NCBI GenBank assembly: GCA_038883655.1
Contig: JAVZLQ010000002.1
Coordinates: 153,625 to 217,624 of the forward strand
Origin: Candidatus Bathyarchaeia archaeon
Lineage (GTDB): Archaea; Thermoproteota; Bathyarchaeia; Bathyarchaeales; Bathycorpusculaceae
Reading direction: 5' to 3'
Length of the DNA stretch: 64,000 nucleotides
Shown here: in pieces, positions 47,564 through 57,971 of the stretch
How positions within the stretch are numbered: position 1 is the stretch's first letter
Layout of the letters: every line of letters begins with the position of its first letter
Made by a program: the position numbers and the translations under genes
Notes under the pieces: model-generated
Seen by the model: the letters and a program-made list of their open reading frames with translations, nothing else
Databases searched by the model: none
What the model was told of the DNA's origin: nothing

Positions 47564-48946
47564 TCACTTAAGCAGTTCTTCTTCTGGTGGGGGCTTCTTT
47601 ATTAAGCCATGCTTCATTAAAAGTTGTAAAGATTCTCTGGCATTCTGAATTATCGCAACGGCTCTCTCGTAAAGCTCTTGTCTGCTCAGCTTAACTCTCG
47701 CCACACCTTCTTCTATAGACTTAAGCGCGCATGCAACAGCTTCTCTTGGAAACACTTCCCACTCCTCCATCCTCGGCAGGATATCCTCCTCATGCATCCC
47801 ACGCTCTTCCGCAAACTTTGCAAGCTCTTGAGCCGCGGCAATGCACATGTCATCTGTAACAGTTTTCGCCTTAACATCTAGAACTCCGCGGAAAATCGCT
47901 GGAAAGCCAAGGCTATTATTAACCTGATTTGGAAAGTCGCTCCTTCCAGTGGCTACTATGCGGGCTCCAGCCTCTTTTGCCTCCCAAGGCCATATTTCAG
48001 GAATCGGATTTGCACACGCAAAGATTATTGCGTCGTCAGCCATAGTTGCAACCCATTCTTTCTTTATTGTGCCTGGCCCCGGCTTTGACGCTGCCACTAC
48101 AGCGTCTACGCCTTTGAAGGCTTCTGCTATGTCGCCTTTTCTTCCTTCGCCATTAGTTATCTGTGAAAGTTCGTATTTCCATGGGTCTTCCTCTTTTTTG
48201 ATGTCCTCTCTTCCCGGGTAGATTATGCCTTTTGTGTCTACCATTATTATGTTGGCGGGTTTCATTCCCCACCTTATTAGGACGTAGGCTGTTCTGATGT
48301 TGGCTGCGCCCGCTCCGACGAGTGTTACGAGGCTTTCTTTTGGCTTTTTGCCAACTATCTTGAATGCGTTTATCAAGCCTGCAAGTATTACCGTCGCTGT
48401 GCCCTGCTGGTCGTCGTGCCACACTGGAATTTGTAGGCGTTTTCGCGCCTCTTCAAGCACGTAGAAGCATTTTGGCTTTTCAATGTCTTCTAGGTTTATT
48501 CCGCCAAATGATGGTTCAATGAGTTCGCACGCGCGAATTATTTCTTCTGGATCCTTTGTCTTTAAGCATATTGGAAAGGCGTCTACACCGCCCAAGTACT
48601 TGAAGAGTAGGGCTTTTCCCTCCATAACTGGCATGGCTGCTTCTGGTCCAATGTCGCCTAAACCCAAAACGCGTGTGCCGTCTGAAACTACTGCCACGTA
48701 ATTCCACCTATTTGTCAGTTCAAAGGATTTGTCTGGGTTTGCTTGGATTTCTTTACATGGTGCGGCGACGCCTGGTGTGTACCATATTGCGAAGTCAGCA
48801 GGGCTTGTTATGGCGCATTTAGGCATGACTTGAACTTTACCTTCATAGAACTTGTGCATTGGCGGAGCTAGCTGCGAAGGCTTTTTTGCTTTTGCCAACA
48901 ACTCTTCCACCGTAGGTTTTCTTTCTTCTTTTTTAACTGGGCACAT
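47564..48946 (-). CDS. NAD(P)-dependent malic enzyme
   Basis: YTPGVA, GLGDIGP, VMEGK, INLEDI, HDDQQGTA, TGRSDFPNQVNN. Confidence 0.93.
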   Translation of the reverse strand: MCPVKKEERKPTVEELLAKAKKPSQLAPPMHKFYEGKVQVMPKCAITSPADFAIWYTPGVAAPCKEIQANPDKSFELTNRWNYVAVVSDGTRVLGLGDIGPEAAMPVMEGKALLFKYLGGVDAFPICLKTKDPEEIIRACELIEPSFGGINLEDIEKPKCFYVLEEARKRLQIPVWHDDQQGTATVILAGLINAFKIVGKKPKESLVTLVGAGAANIRTAYVLIRWGMKPANIIMVDTKGIIYPGREDIKKEEDPWKYELSQITNGEGRKGDIAEAFKGVDAVVAASKPGPGTIKKEWVATMADDAIIFACANPIPEIWPWEAKEAGARIVATGRSDFPNQVNNSLGFPAIFRGVLDVKAKTVTDDMCIAAAQELAKFAEERGMHEEDILPRMEEWEVFPREAVACALKSIEEGVARVKLSRQELYERAVAIIQNARESLQLLMKHGLIKKPPPEEELLK

Positions 48947-49246
48947 TACAATCCTTCCCTTTTATGGAATGTTGTGTTCTGCTTATTAGAGCTTTAAGGA
49001 TTGCGGTGAATTTTGAAAGAAGCGTTCAACTAATCTGTCTATTTGAAACCAAATTCTAAGCACAAATTTTGCTAATTCATACTTTCTTCATTTATATTTA
49101 AAACGGAACTATATGCCGTAAACTCAAATTGGTATCGTAGAAAATAGGAAAATTTTATTCCATAGAATATTTAAGCGAGGCCGAAATTAAACTAAAAGAA
49201 AATAAGAGCTAACAAAGATGTGCGAAAAATATAGCGCCGCGTGTTC

Positions 49247-49732
49247 CTAATACCTTCTTCGGAACCCGCCTCTTCTCTCGTTTCTGCCGAAGTCTCTTCT
49301 TCCACGTCCCCTGAATGGACGTCTCTGCTGTTCATAAACCTTGTTTGACATGTTGTTTTCGGTGTTAACTTCAACGGCTAACGCTTCCTTTGCAACTTCT
49401 AATGTGCCGAACCTTCCAACGTTTAGGCGCATGTTGCCCTTAAAAAGTGTCACGTAGCCATTGCCTATGTTTATTGTGTCACCTTCATGCACCTTTTCGA
49501 TGTTGTCGTCCCAAAGCGTTAGGTAAACGCATCCTGTTTCGTCGCCTATCAGTGCGTCGCAGACGCGGTGTGGCGCGCCGTCTCTTCCAGCGGCTATGTT
49601 GCGTATGTCACTTTTTGAAACAACCTTTGCTTTCACATTAACTGCCCTTGAGGCAGGGCTTAACTCGGCTATTTTCACGTCTACTGGTTGTCTACTTCCC
49701 GAAAAACTTTCAACAGCCAAACCTTTCAACAC
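49247..49732 (-). CDS. ssb: Single-stranded DNA-binding protein (single OB fold, basic Arg/Gly tail)
   Basis: VNVKAKV, GDETG.V.LTLWD, NGYV..F.G..RLNVG..G. Confidence 0.85.
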   Translation of the reverse strand: MLKGLAVESFSGSRQPVDVKIAELSPASRAVNVKAKVVSKSDIRNIAAGRDGAPHRVCDALIGDETGCVYLTLWDDNIEKVHEGDTINIGNGYVTLFKGNMRLNVGRFGTLEVAKEALAVEVNTENNMSNKVYEQQRRPFRGRGRRDFGRNERRGGFRRRY

Positions 49733-49806
49733 CTACATAGTATAACAGACAAAAATAACGGGCTTGAACACTTAAGGCTTTTGGTTTGAATTGTGAACAG
49801 CACAGT

Positions 49807-50904
49807 CTATATTAGGAATTTGCCGTTTTTGTAGAAGAGTTTGCCGTCCGCGTAGATTTCGCCGTCCCTCTTCATATCCTTAAGAATATCCCAGTGGATT
49901 GCCGACTTATTTAAGCCTCCAGATTCTGGGTAGGAGTTGCCAAGTGCAAGGTGAATTGTTCCGCCCATTTTTTCGTCGAAGAGCATGCTCTTTGTAAACC
50001 TTGTTATTGCGTAGTTTGTTCCAATGGCGATTTCGCCTATACGATCCGCACCTTCAACCTTTAGGATTTGCTGCAAAAATTCGTTGCCCTTCACCGCCGA
50101 AGCCTTAACAACTTTGCCGTCCCTAAAGGTGAGCGTTATGTCCTCAACTTCTCTGCCTGCAACTATTCCTGGAAAAGTGAAGCGTATTGTGCCATTCGCT
50201 GAATTTTCAATTGGTGCTGTGAAGACTTCGCCGTCGGGCATGTTTTCCTTTCCATCGCAGTTTATCCACTTTCTCCCCTTAACGCTGAAAGTTAGATCTG
50301 TGTCCTCGCCAACAATTCGGATTTCGCTTGTTTGGTTTAAAAAGTTGCAAATTTGTTCTTGTTTGTCATGAATTTGTTTCCATTCCGCGATGGGGTCTTC
50401 CTTATCGACGAGGCAGCTGCCATAAACAAAGTCTTCGTATTCAGTTAAAGCCATAGCAGCCTCTTGCGCTTGCGCCTCAATAGGATATGGCAAAACAGTC
50501 CACCGCAATTTTCCCTCTGCAACACGTTTACGGAATATCTCGCTAATTTCTGCCCGTGAAGACGCGTGAAGACGCACCTTTTCTGGATCTATGTTTGTCA
50601 GTCCCTTCGGGTTCGGCTCGCAATAAACGCGTATGTTCACGTCGATGTTTTCAACCAGAAACCTTTCAAGTGGAGAAACAAAGGTGAGCTGATGTTCCTT
50701 CGCGTATTTATAAAATGTGTATGCAACATCAATGTTCGCTAAAATAAAGGGATGAGCATCCTTAAGCAAACACTGCTTGTAAACTTCATTCAGCAATGGA
50801 AAAGCCAGATCACTCCCTTGAATAGTAACGAACTCATTTGGCTTGACGCTAACACTATATTCGACACAGAGCCTTGCAAGCTTTTCAATTCTGGGATCAA
50901 CCAT
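49807..50904 (-). CDS. Aminopeptidase M29 (AmpS/AmpT)
   Basis: NMPDGEVFTAP, GEIAIGTN, LFDEKMGGTIHLALG, SAIHWD. Confidence 0.92.
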   Translation of the reverse strand: MVDPRIEKLARLCVEYSVSVKPNEFVTIQGSDLAFPLLNEVYKQCLLKDAHPFILANIDVAYTFYKYAKEHQLTFVSPLERFLVENIDVNIRVYCEPNPKGLTNIDPEKVRLHASSRAEISEIFRKRVAEGKLRWTVLPYPIEAQAQEAAMALTEYEDFVYGSCLVDKEDPIAEWKQIHDKQEQICNFLNQTSEIRIVGEDTDLTFSVKGRKWINCDGKENMPDGEVFTAPIENSANGTIRFTFPGIVAGREVEDITLTFRDGKVVKASAVKGNEFLQQILKVEGADRIGEIAIGTNYAITRFTKSMLFDEKMGGTIHLALGNSYPESGGLNKSAIHWDILKDMKRDGEIYADGKLFYKNGKFLI

Positions 50905-51030
50905 AAACGAACCCAGCCGAAATATTCTATAGGGGAGGTCTATGTAAAAATTTTGTTGATAGAACCATATCAGCGGCAAACTTTAAAGTTAAGGTAAAGC
51001 AAACCTAATATTAGTGAAGAGAGGATCAAG

Positions 51031-51407
51031 ATGAAGTTTATAGAATTTTTGAACTGTCAGAAAAAGAAATCGTATACATACTGCTCATCACGATTGCATT
51101 TGTTTTTGCTGCTTCGTGGATGCGTGTAAGCTTAGAAACGATATATACGGACACTTCAGATTATCCCGTTGTTGTTGAACATTATGGCTTCCCATTTGAC
51201 ATAATGAAAAAAATTAACACATACACCAACATGACAATTGCTTTTAGGGGAACCCTTGAATCGGTGGGGCTTGTGGAATCCACCATAGAATTTGTACCAG
51301 TTGGGATTATGCTTGATTTTTTGGCTTACGGAACCCTCTCACTCGTTATAATCAAAATATCAGAAAGGATGATGAATGAGATAGAATATTATAAACATAG
51401 GGATTAG
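51031..51407 (+). pseudogene. Membrane protein, probably frameshifted in a T5 run at 51046-51050
   Basis: ATG 51031 with SD GAGAGGA. Adding one T joins MKFIEF to FELSEKEIVYILLITIAFVFAASWMRV..., restoring an N-terminal TM helix. Confidence 0.5.
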
Positions 51408-51491
51408 AAGATTAGAATAATCATTAAAATCCGTAGTAGTTTCCGAAATATCTAAATGCAGTTGAAGAAATCTTCATTTCACAGAATAACC

Positions 51492-51566
51492 GGGCCGGTA
51501 GTTCAGTTTGGTATGAACGCCTGACTTGCACTCAGGAGGTCGCGGGTTCAAATCCCGCCCGGTCCA
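51492..51566 (+). tRNA. tRNA-Ala(TGC), no intron, CCA not encoded
   Basis: GGGCCGG/CCGGTCC acceptor stem with G3:U70; anticodon TGC at 51527-51529; T arm GCGGG-TTCAAAT-CCCGC. Confidence 0.95.
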
Positions 51567-51661
51567 CTTAATTTTTTAAGCGTTCTGGCTCGTTCTTCGT
51601 ATAGAGGATTTTTCCAGAAATTATAAAAACTTGGGTGGAAGAAAGATTATTGTTGATGTGT

Positions 51662-52048
51662 ATGAGGGGCAATTTTGTGTTGGTGGTTGTTGTGCTTCTG
51701 TTGTTAGGCGTGATTCTTCAGTTTCACGAAGCTAATGCCGTTGGTCTGGCGTTAGACCAGTGTGCTGATGATTTTGGCTCTGCTTGTAATATTCAGCTTG
51801 TTGAGGATTTTTGGCCTAACTTGACTTTGCCCAGGTATGGCGTTAGGCATAGGTTTCCAATTGACTATTCGGGTGGTTTAGGGGTTGATGGCGAAGCGGC
51901 TTTGGATTCGGTTGAGGATTCTGATGCTGAGGTTTTAACCGTTCCAGAGTTTCCGCCAGTTTTGATTTTGCCAGTTTTCCTCGCCTTAACATTGTTTGGC
52001 GTTGTTACTTGCAGGAAAAGCGCTTTGTTTCGTATGCGGCGCAGCTAG
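51662..52048 (+). CDS. Small secreted protein with PEF-CTERM-like sorting signal
   Basis: Signal peptide; C-terminal VPEFP + TM helix + basic tail RKSALFRMRRS. Confidence 0.7.
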   Translation: MRGNFVLVVVVLLLLGVILQFHEANAVGLALDQCADDFGSACNIQLVEDFWPNLTLPRYGVRHRFPIDYSGGLGVDGEAALDSVEDSDAEVLTVPEFPPVLILPVFLALTLFGVVTCRKSALFRMRRS

Positions 52049-52119
52049 AAGAAGATTCCATAAAATTCATATTTGTAATTAATAATACTTTATTTGCCTA
52101 AAACGTAGGAGAGAGGAGA

Positions 52120-54366
52120 ATGAAAAAACTATTTGCTTTGGTATTTGTTTCAGTGCTTCTAGCGTCCTTGATACCAATAAACATGACAGCTGCCTCAACA
52201 GTGATAGCCGGACCAGTTTACGGCGTTTCGCATCCAAAAATTACACGCCCCTCAGACCCAGATGAAATTCCAGGGCTTGACGCCTCATCCTTCCTAGAAA
52301 ACGCGGTAGCCCCAGGCATAGTACCTATGCTTACGCCACATTCTCCATGGACTATTGCCGTTATAGACGATTATTATGGCGGATGGTATTACCTAGACTT
52401 TCAGCTTGTGTTGAGTGGTGAACACTGCAACATATGGGTTGGATTAGCTCCGGATGTCTGGACTGGCGGATATAGAGACGAATGGGACACAAAAGGAACA
52501 CCAGATGTTAGCGACGACGTGTTCTACTTTGCCTATCCATGGAGCTATCGTGGCGGCGCGTTCTGGGGAGCCCCACGCCTTCAACCAGGCTACCGCGACT
52601 ACATCTTCGGAAGCCAACTAATCCAAATAATGCACGCGTTCGACGAAAACATATGGGAGAAGGATACGTCGTTCTTCGGCATGTATAAGGACCGCCTAGG
52701 TCCCTTAAACGACTATAAGATACAAATACTGATATTCAATATACGTGATGTGTTGTTCTGGGATCCAGTTAATGCTCCTGGATTCATTGAAGGCTACTTC
52801 TGGTCTTATGTGAGCAATCTTTACAATGCAAACATAATCCACATCGATACATACCAGTGGTTCAGAAGGCAAGGACCAAGCCCAACAGGCGGTGACCCAG
52901 CATACTATGTATATCCACCGTATCCGCCAACCGCCTGCATGCCATACGAGTATGAGGGCACATTCGCCCACGAATTCCAGCACCTAATCCACCGCGACAT
53001 AGACCCAGACGAATACTCATGGCCAAACGAGGGCTGCTCAGAACTAGCCCAAATAATATGCGGCTACGGATTCCCATCAGGCCACATATACTACTACTTG
53101 CGCTACTTCTGGGACACATCGCTTGTAGTCTGGGAAGGAACCCTATCAAACTACGGCGCCGTCGCCCTATGGACATACTACATATACGAGCACTACGGAA
53201 GACAATTCATATGGGACCTTGTCCACGAACAAGCAAATGGAATAGAAGGCTACAACAACGTCTTCAAAGCTCACGGTATAAAGAAGGACTTCGACCAAGT
53301 CTTCCAAGAATGGGCAATTGCAAACTACCTAGACGACACAAGCTTTGCTAAAGGAATTTACGGCTACTATGGCTTAGACTTCGGCACAGCAGCCACACGA
53401 GGCTGGAGCATACCATACGCAATACAATATTGGGGAACCTATGACGAAACATACCCAACAGGATGGATCCTGCCAGAACGTCTACCATACATCGTCTGGT
53501 ACTGGGAACTATACAACGGCGAACCAGAACTGAAAGTATACTTCGACGGCGACGACTACGCTGGCGTATTCCCACACAGCGGCTCATACGAATGGCATTC
53601 AGATGGAACAGCGTGGTCATGGTTCAGATTGGGCCAAACCTTCACGATACCAGAAACAGGTGCAACCCTCAAATTCTGGACATGCTACGAAATCGAGGAA
53701 GACTGGGACTACGGCTACGTTGAAGTTCACGACCTAACAACAGGCGAATGGTACACACTGCCAGGAATAGGAACAATATCAACACTGCCAAACCCGCAAG
53801 ACAACCCCAACTGTCCAGACGCATTTGAGCCATTCGCATATTATGCTGCAGGAAAGTGGAACGCGTTCACAGGAAGCAGCGGCGGCTGGTACCAAGAAAT
53901 AATGGATCTAACATCATTCGCTGGACACACAATTGAGCTGTACTTTACATACTGGACTGACGGCTACACGCTGTGGCTAGGATGGTACATAGACGACATA
54001 GAAATACCAGAAATAGGCTTCTACGACGATGTTGAAGCTGGCGCAAACGGATGGACAGCAACAGCAGGATGGTACATAACAACAGGTGTAGTAACGAATG
54101 ACTTCACAGTTAACGTCATAGAGACAACGAACATAATCAAAGGGAAAACAACGAGAACATTGTATCACATAAGCCCCGTGAAACTAAACGATGCAACCGA
54201 AGAAGGATGGGAACTGATAAAAGTTGTCAATACAGCCGCAGTACAAAGTGGTCCAGCAGTATTGGTAATGGCAAGTCAACCGGGCTACGAACACTCGTTC
54301 TACACCGAATTGCTCTTCATAGTAGACGACGCACCCTTCGAATTAATACACTGGTGGACACACTAG
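52120..54366 (+). CDS. Secreted zinc metalloprotease (immune inhibitor A/M6- or M30-like)
   Basis: Signal peptide, AHEFQHLIH...W.NEG, and a C-terminal InhA-like beta domain (YEIEEDWDYGYVEV, FTYWTDG, GWYIDDI). Confidence 0.8.
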   Translation: MKKLFALVFVSVLLASLIPINMTAASTVIAGPVYGVSHPKITRPSDPDEIPGLDASSFLENAVAPGIVPMLTPHSPWTIAVIDDYYGGWYYLDFQLVLSGEHCNIWVGLAPDVWTGGYRDEWDTKGTPDVSDDVFYFAYPWSYRGGAFWGAPRLQPGYRDYIFGSQLIQIMHAFDENIWEKDTSFFGMYKDRLGPLNDYKIQILIFNIRDVLFWDPVNAPGFIEGYFWSYVSNLYNANIIHIDTYQWFRRQGPSPTGGDPAYYVYPPYPPTACMPYEYEGTFAHEFQHLIHRDIDPDEYSWPNEGCSELAQIICGYGFPSGHIYYYLRYFWDTSLVVWEGTLSNYGAVALWTYYIYEHYGRQFIWDLVHEQANGIEGYNNVFKAHGIKKDFDQVFQEWAIANYLDDTSFAKGIYGYYGLDFGTAATRGWSIPYAIQYWGTYDETYPTGWILPERLPYIVWYWELYNGEPELKVYFDGDDYAGVFPHSGSYEWHSDGTAWSWFRLGQTFTIPETGATLKFWTCYEIEEDWDYGYVEVHDLTTGEWYTLPGIGTISTLPNPQDNPNCPDAFEPFAYYAAGKWNAFTGSSGGWYQEIMDLTSFAGHTIELYFTYWTDGYTLWLGWYIDDIEIPEIGFYDDVEAGANGWTATAGWYITTGVVTNDFTVNVIETTNIIKGKTTRTLYHISPVKLNDATEEGWELIKVVNTAAVQSGPAVLVMASQPGYEHSFYTELLFIVDDAPFELIHWWTH

Positions 54367-54528
54367 CAAACAAATGCAGCTTCAAACAACCCATTTCCCT
54401 TTTTTATGAATCAAAATATCTTAACGAATACGTGAATAGCTATTGGCATACTAACACTGACTCACCATCCATTATACTTATGTCTTCGTTTGTTCCTTTG
54501 TAATGTGACGAAGGGAGAGAAAAGTGCA

Positions 54529-55866
54529 ATGAGAGCACTTGAATCATTACTCATATTTACCATGGTGACGGCGATCTGCTTGCCATTCATTGTTCAACCA
54601 AGCAACGCAAGCTCAACAATATATATCAAAGCAGATGGAACCGTAGAACCAGATACCGCTCCAATATCAACGATTGACAAAAAAACATACACCTTTATAG
54701 GTAACGCTAACGATGAAATTGTGGTTGAAAGATCAAACATAATAATTGACTGCAATGGACACATTATTGAAGGAAGTGGAACAGGAAACGGTTTCACCCT
54801 TTACGACGTTACAAATGTTACCATAAGAAATGGCAACATCAGAAACTTCCAATACGGCATTTACCTTGAATCAGCGTCCCACAACTTCATACATGGAAAC
54901 AATATAAGTGCAAACAGCTACGATGGCATAGCAGTCTGTTTCTCCTCAGACAACAACGAAATCGCCAATAATAACATCGAAAATAACGGATGGTTTGGAA
55001 TAGGAATCTACTACTCAAACAGCAACACCATAACAAGAAACAAAATCACAAACAATAACGACGGCATCTGGCTATATTATGCCCTAAACAACACAATATC
55101 AGCAAACAGCATATCAACAAACAGCGAACATGGAATCCAACTCTACTATACGTCGAGCAACAACATATTCCACAACAGCTTTACAAACAACGCATTTCAA
55201 GTTTACACCGAAACCTCTGTCAACATTTGGGACAACGACTACCCCTCAGGAGGCAACTATTGGAGCGACTACCAAGGTGCAGACTCTAATGGTGATGGTA
55301 TAGGAGATACACCATATACTATTGACGAAAACAACCAAGATCGTTACCCCCTCATGAAACCGTGGACAAACATCGCCATTTTAAACACTTCACCATCCAA
55401 AACTGTCGTAGGAGAAGGAACCACACTGTACGTATACGCATCTGTTCAAAATCAAGGCTGGAACACCGAAACCTTCAACATCACCATTTACGCTAACACA
55501 AGCGTAATAGAAACATGTGAACTAACGATCAGAAGCGGAGCCGTAACAATCCTAACCTTCACATGGAACACTTCCGGCTTCGTTAAAGGCAGCTACACTT
55601 TACGAGCTTATACGGAGCCTATTCAAGGCGAAACAGACAAGCATGACAACGCGTTTGAGTATGGCTTTGTTCTGGTCACTATTGCTGGTGATGTTACTGG
55701 CGAAATATGGGTTGACATGCTGGACATAAGCATACTCATAGACAAATTCATGAGCAGCCCAACGCACCCACTTTGGGATCCAAACTGCGACGTTAACGAC
55801 GACCAAAGCGTAGACATGGCAGACATATCAATAGCCATAGACAACTTCATGCGAGAAGACCCATAA
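54529..55866 (+). CDS. Surface protein: NosD/parallel beta-helix + CARDB-like Ig + dockerin-like domain
   Basis: Asn-rich beta-helix repeats, GGNYWSDY.G.D.NGDGIGDTPY, V.NQG..ETFN, and paired GDVTG..VDMLDI / DVNDD.SVDMADI. Confidence 0.82.
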   Translation: MRALESLLIFTMVTAICLPFIVQPSNASSTIYIKADGTVEPDTAPISTIDKKTYTFIGNANDEIVVERSNIIIDCNGHIIEGSGTGNGFTLYDVTNVTIRNGNIRNFQYGIYLESASHNFIHGNNISANSYDGIAVCFSSDNNEIANNNIENNGWFGIGIYYSNSNTITRNKITNNNDGIWLYYALNNTISANSISTNSEHGIQLYYTSSNNIFHNSFTNNAFQVYTETSVNIWDNDYPSGGNYWSDYQGADSNGDGIGDTPYTIDENNQDRYPLMKPWTNIAILNTSPSKTVVGEGTTLYVYASVQNQGWNTETFNITIYANTSVIETCELTIRSGAVTILTFTWNTSGFVKGSYTLRAYTEPIQGETDKHDNAFEYGFVLVTIAGDVTGEIWVDMLDISILIDKFMSSPTHPLWDPNCDVNDDQSVDMADISIAIDNFMREDP

Positions 55867-56041
55867 AACCCACTTCTAGTAGCGATGACTTTACAGCTTT
55901 AGGTACCGAAGTGACTTCAGACGTTAAAGATGTTTGGTTTTGAACAATATTCAAGTAGTGTTCGCATGCGTTTAGGAAAGAAAATGGAAAATGAGCGTGT
56001 AAACGGCATATTTGCAATTGGTAGTCCAGAGAAAGGCTAGT

Positions 56042-56812
56042 TTAGAGTCTTATTGCTTTTCTGGCAAACGTTACATAACCAGTGTGACCAGTCATCAGCG
56101 TTTGTGGCCGCGTTTTCCCACGTTCAACTTGCATTCCACGGATTAAACATTCAACAGTTTCCACGTCCACAAAACCGTTTTCTTTTAGGGCTTCAACAGT
56201 CTTTACCACCTGGTCTATTGTGGGGCTAAAAGAGACCAGCGTTCCACATGGTTTTAAGGCGTTATAGGCATGTGGAATCACAAGCCAAGGCGTAGCCAAA
56301 TCTAATATGACTGCGTCCACGTCTGACTCGTCTATGCCAGCGGTGACATCCTTATTTTTAAGTTCCACGAAGTCCACCAAGCCTGCCCTTCGCAAGTTTT
56401 TCTCAGCAGTTTCCAAAAATTCCCCTCTCGCTTCGTAGCTGTAGACTTTGCCGTTTGGCTTAACATAATGCGCTAGGGCTGTTGTCAAGGCGCCTGTTCC
56501 AGTTCCAGCCTCGACAACACGGCTTCCAGAGCCTATGCTGCTGAACATTATTATGAGTGCTATGTCCTTGGGGTATGTTATCTGCGTCTGCCTAGCAGCC
56601 TTCATAATGTAATCACGCAGTAGAGGCTTTAAAGCTACAAATTCGACGCCCATGCTGCTGAGAACAACAGAGCCATATTCCCTTCCAATTAAATCATCAA
56701 ATTTTATGAAACCCTTATGTGTGTGAAAGCTCTTTCCAGTCTCAACCCTAACCAAATAGGTTCTCCGATGGTCGAGGAATAATAAAATGTAATCGCCATC
56801 TTGAATTTGCAA
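56042..56812 (-). CDS. trmI: tRNA (adenine57/58-N1)-methyltransferase
   Basis: FHTHKG, QITYPKD, EAGTGTG, LDLATPW, TRP...GHTGY. Confidence 0.93.
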   Translation of the reverse strand: MQIQDGDYILLFLDHRRTYLVRVETGKSFHTHKGFIKFDDLIGREYGSVVLSSMGVEFVALKPLLRDYIMKAARQTQITYPKDIALIIMFSSIGSGSRVVEAGTGTGALTTALAHYVKPNGKVYSYEARGEFLETAEKNLRRAGLVDFVELKNKDVTAGIDESDVDAVILDLATPWLVIPHAYNALKPCGTLVSFSPTIDQVVKTVEALKENGFVDVETVECLIRGMQVERGKTRPQTLMTGHTGYVTFARKAIRL

Positions 56813-56898
56813 TTTCTCCTCCGCAATTTCTTAAAACGAGTAGCAAATAATAACATTGCGATGCTGCAGAAAAGTTAAGTCTCCAAAAGTAGACATGG

Positions 56899-57960
56899 AT
56901 GTTGGAGTTGAAAAGTTTGAAGTATAATTTAGCCTTTATAGGTTTTGGGAATGTTGGACAAGGACTTGCAACAATACTTGCCGATAAGAAGGCTATGCTG
57001 AAAGAGCGTTATGGCTTTGATTTTCAAGTAGTAGCCATCTCAGACATAAAGAAGGGCTCGATTTATAATGAAGCGGGGCTTAAACTGAAAGAAATTTTAC
57101 GCCTTGCACGGAAAACTGGAACAATCGAAGATTATGAAGGAGGACGTAAAGACCTCTCAAGCATAGAAATAATCGAAAAAAGCAACGCAGACATAGTACT
57201 CGAGGCAACATGGACAAACCTTGAAAACGGCGAACCAGGACTAACCCATATCAAAAAAGCTCTTGAAAATGGCAAACACGTAGCAACAACAAACAAGGGT
57301 CCAATAGCCTTAGCTTACCACGAGCTAATGCGAACAGCAAAAGCACATAACGTGTTCTTGAGGTTTGAGGGCACAGTTATGAGTGGAACACCTGCAATCA
57401 ACTTAGCTTTAGAAGATTTGGCTGGAGCGCATGTAAACACCGTTAGAGGGATAGTGAACGGCACAACAAATTACATATTGACGCGTATGGAAAAGGGCGC
57501 TACCTACAAAGGTGCTTTAGAAGAAGCACAAAGGCTGGGTTATGCCGAGGCGGACCCGACAATGGATGTTGAGGCGTGGGATCCCGTGGCGAAAATAATA
57601 ATTCTCGCTAACGTTGTCATGGGAGGAAGCCTAAAAGTGAAGGATGTTGAAAGAGAAGGCATAACAAAAATAACTCTCAGCGACATTAAAGCGGCGAAGA
57701 AGGCTGGCGAAAGAATAAAGCTGATAGCTAAAGCGTGGCGCGAAAGCGGCAAGGTTAAGGCTAAAGTTTCGCCTGAAAAAGTTCCATTAACTGACGTTTT
57801 AGCCCACATTGAAGGGACACTTAACGCATTAACATTCAACACGGATGTTCTCGGAGATGTTACTGTTGTTGGACGTGGCGCAGGTGGCATAGAAGCTGGC
57901 TACGCATTATTAAGCGACATGCTTGCAATACACAGATACCTAAGTGGAAAAGTCAGCTGA
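56899..57960 (+). CDS. hom: Homoserine dehydrogenase (no ACT domain)
   Basis: GFGNVG, TTNKGP, FEGTVMSGTP, NGTTNYIL, GYAEADP, GRGAGG. Confidence 0.9.
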   Translation: MLELKSLKYNLAFIGFGNVGQGLATILADKKAMLKERYGFDFQVVAISDIKKGSIYNEAGLKLKEILRLARKTGTIEDYEGGRKDLSSIEIIEKSNADIVLEATWTNLENGEPGLTHIKKALENGKHVATTNKGPIALAYHELMRTAKAHNVFLRFEGTVMSGTPAINLALEDLAGAHVNTVRGIVNGTTNYILTRMEKGATYKGALEEAQRLGYAEADPTMDVEAWDPVAKIIILANVVMGGSLKVKDVEREGITKITLSDIKAAKKAGERIKLIAKAWRESGKVKAKVSPEKVPLTDVLAHIEGTLNALTFNTDVLGDVTVVGRGAGGIEAGYALLSDMLAIHRYLSGKVS

Positions 57961-57971
57961 AGTGAGACGGC

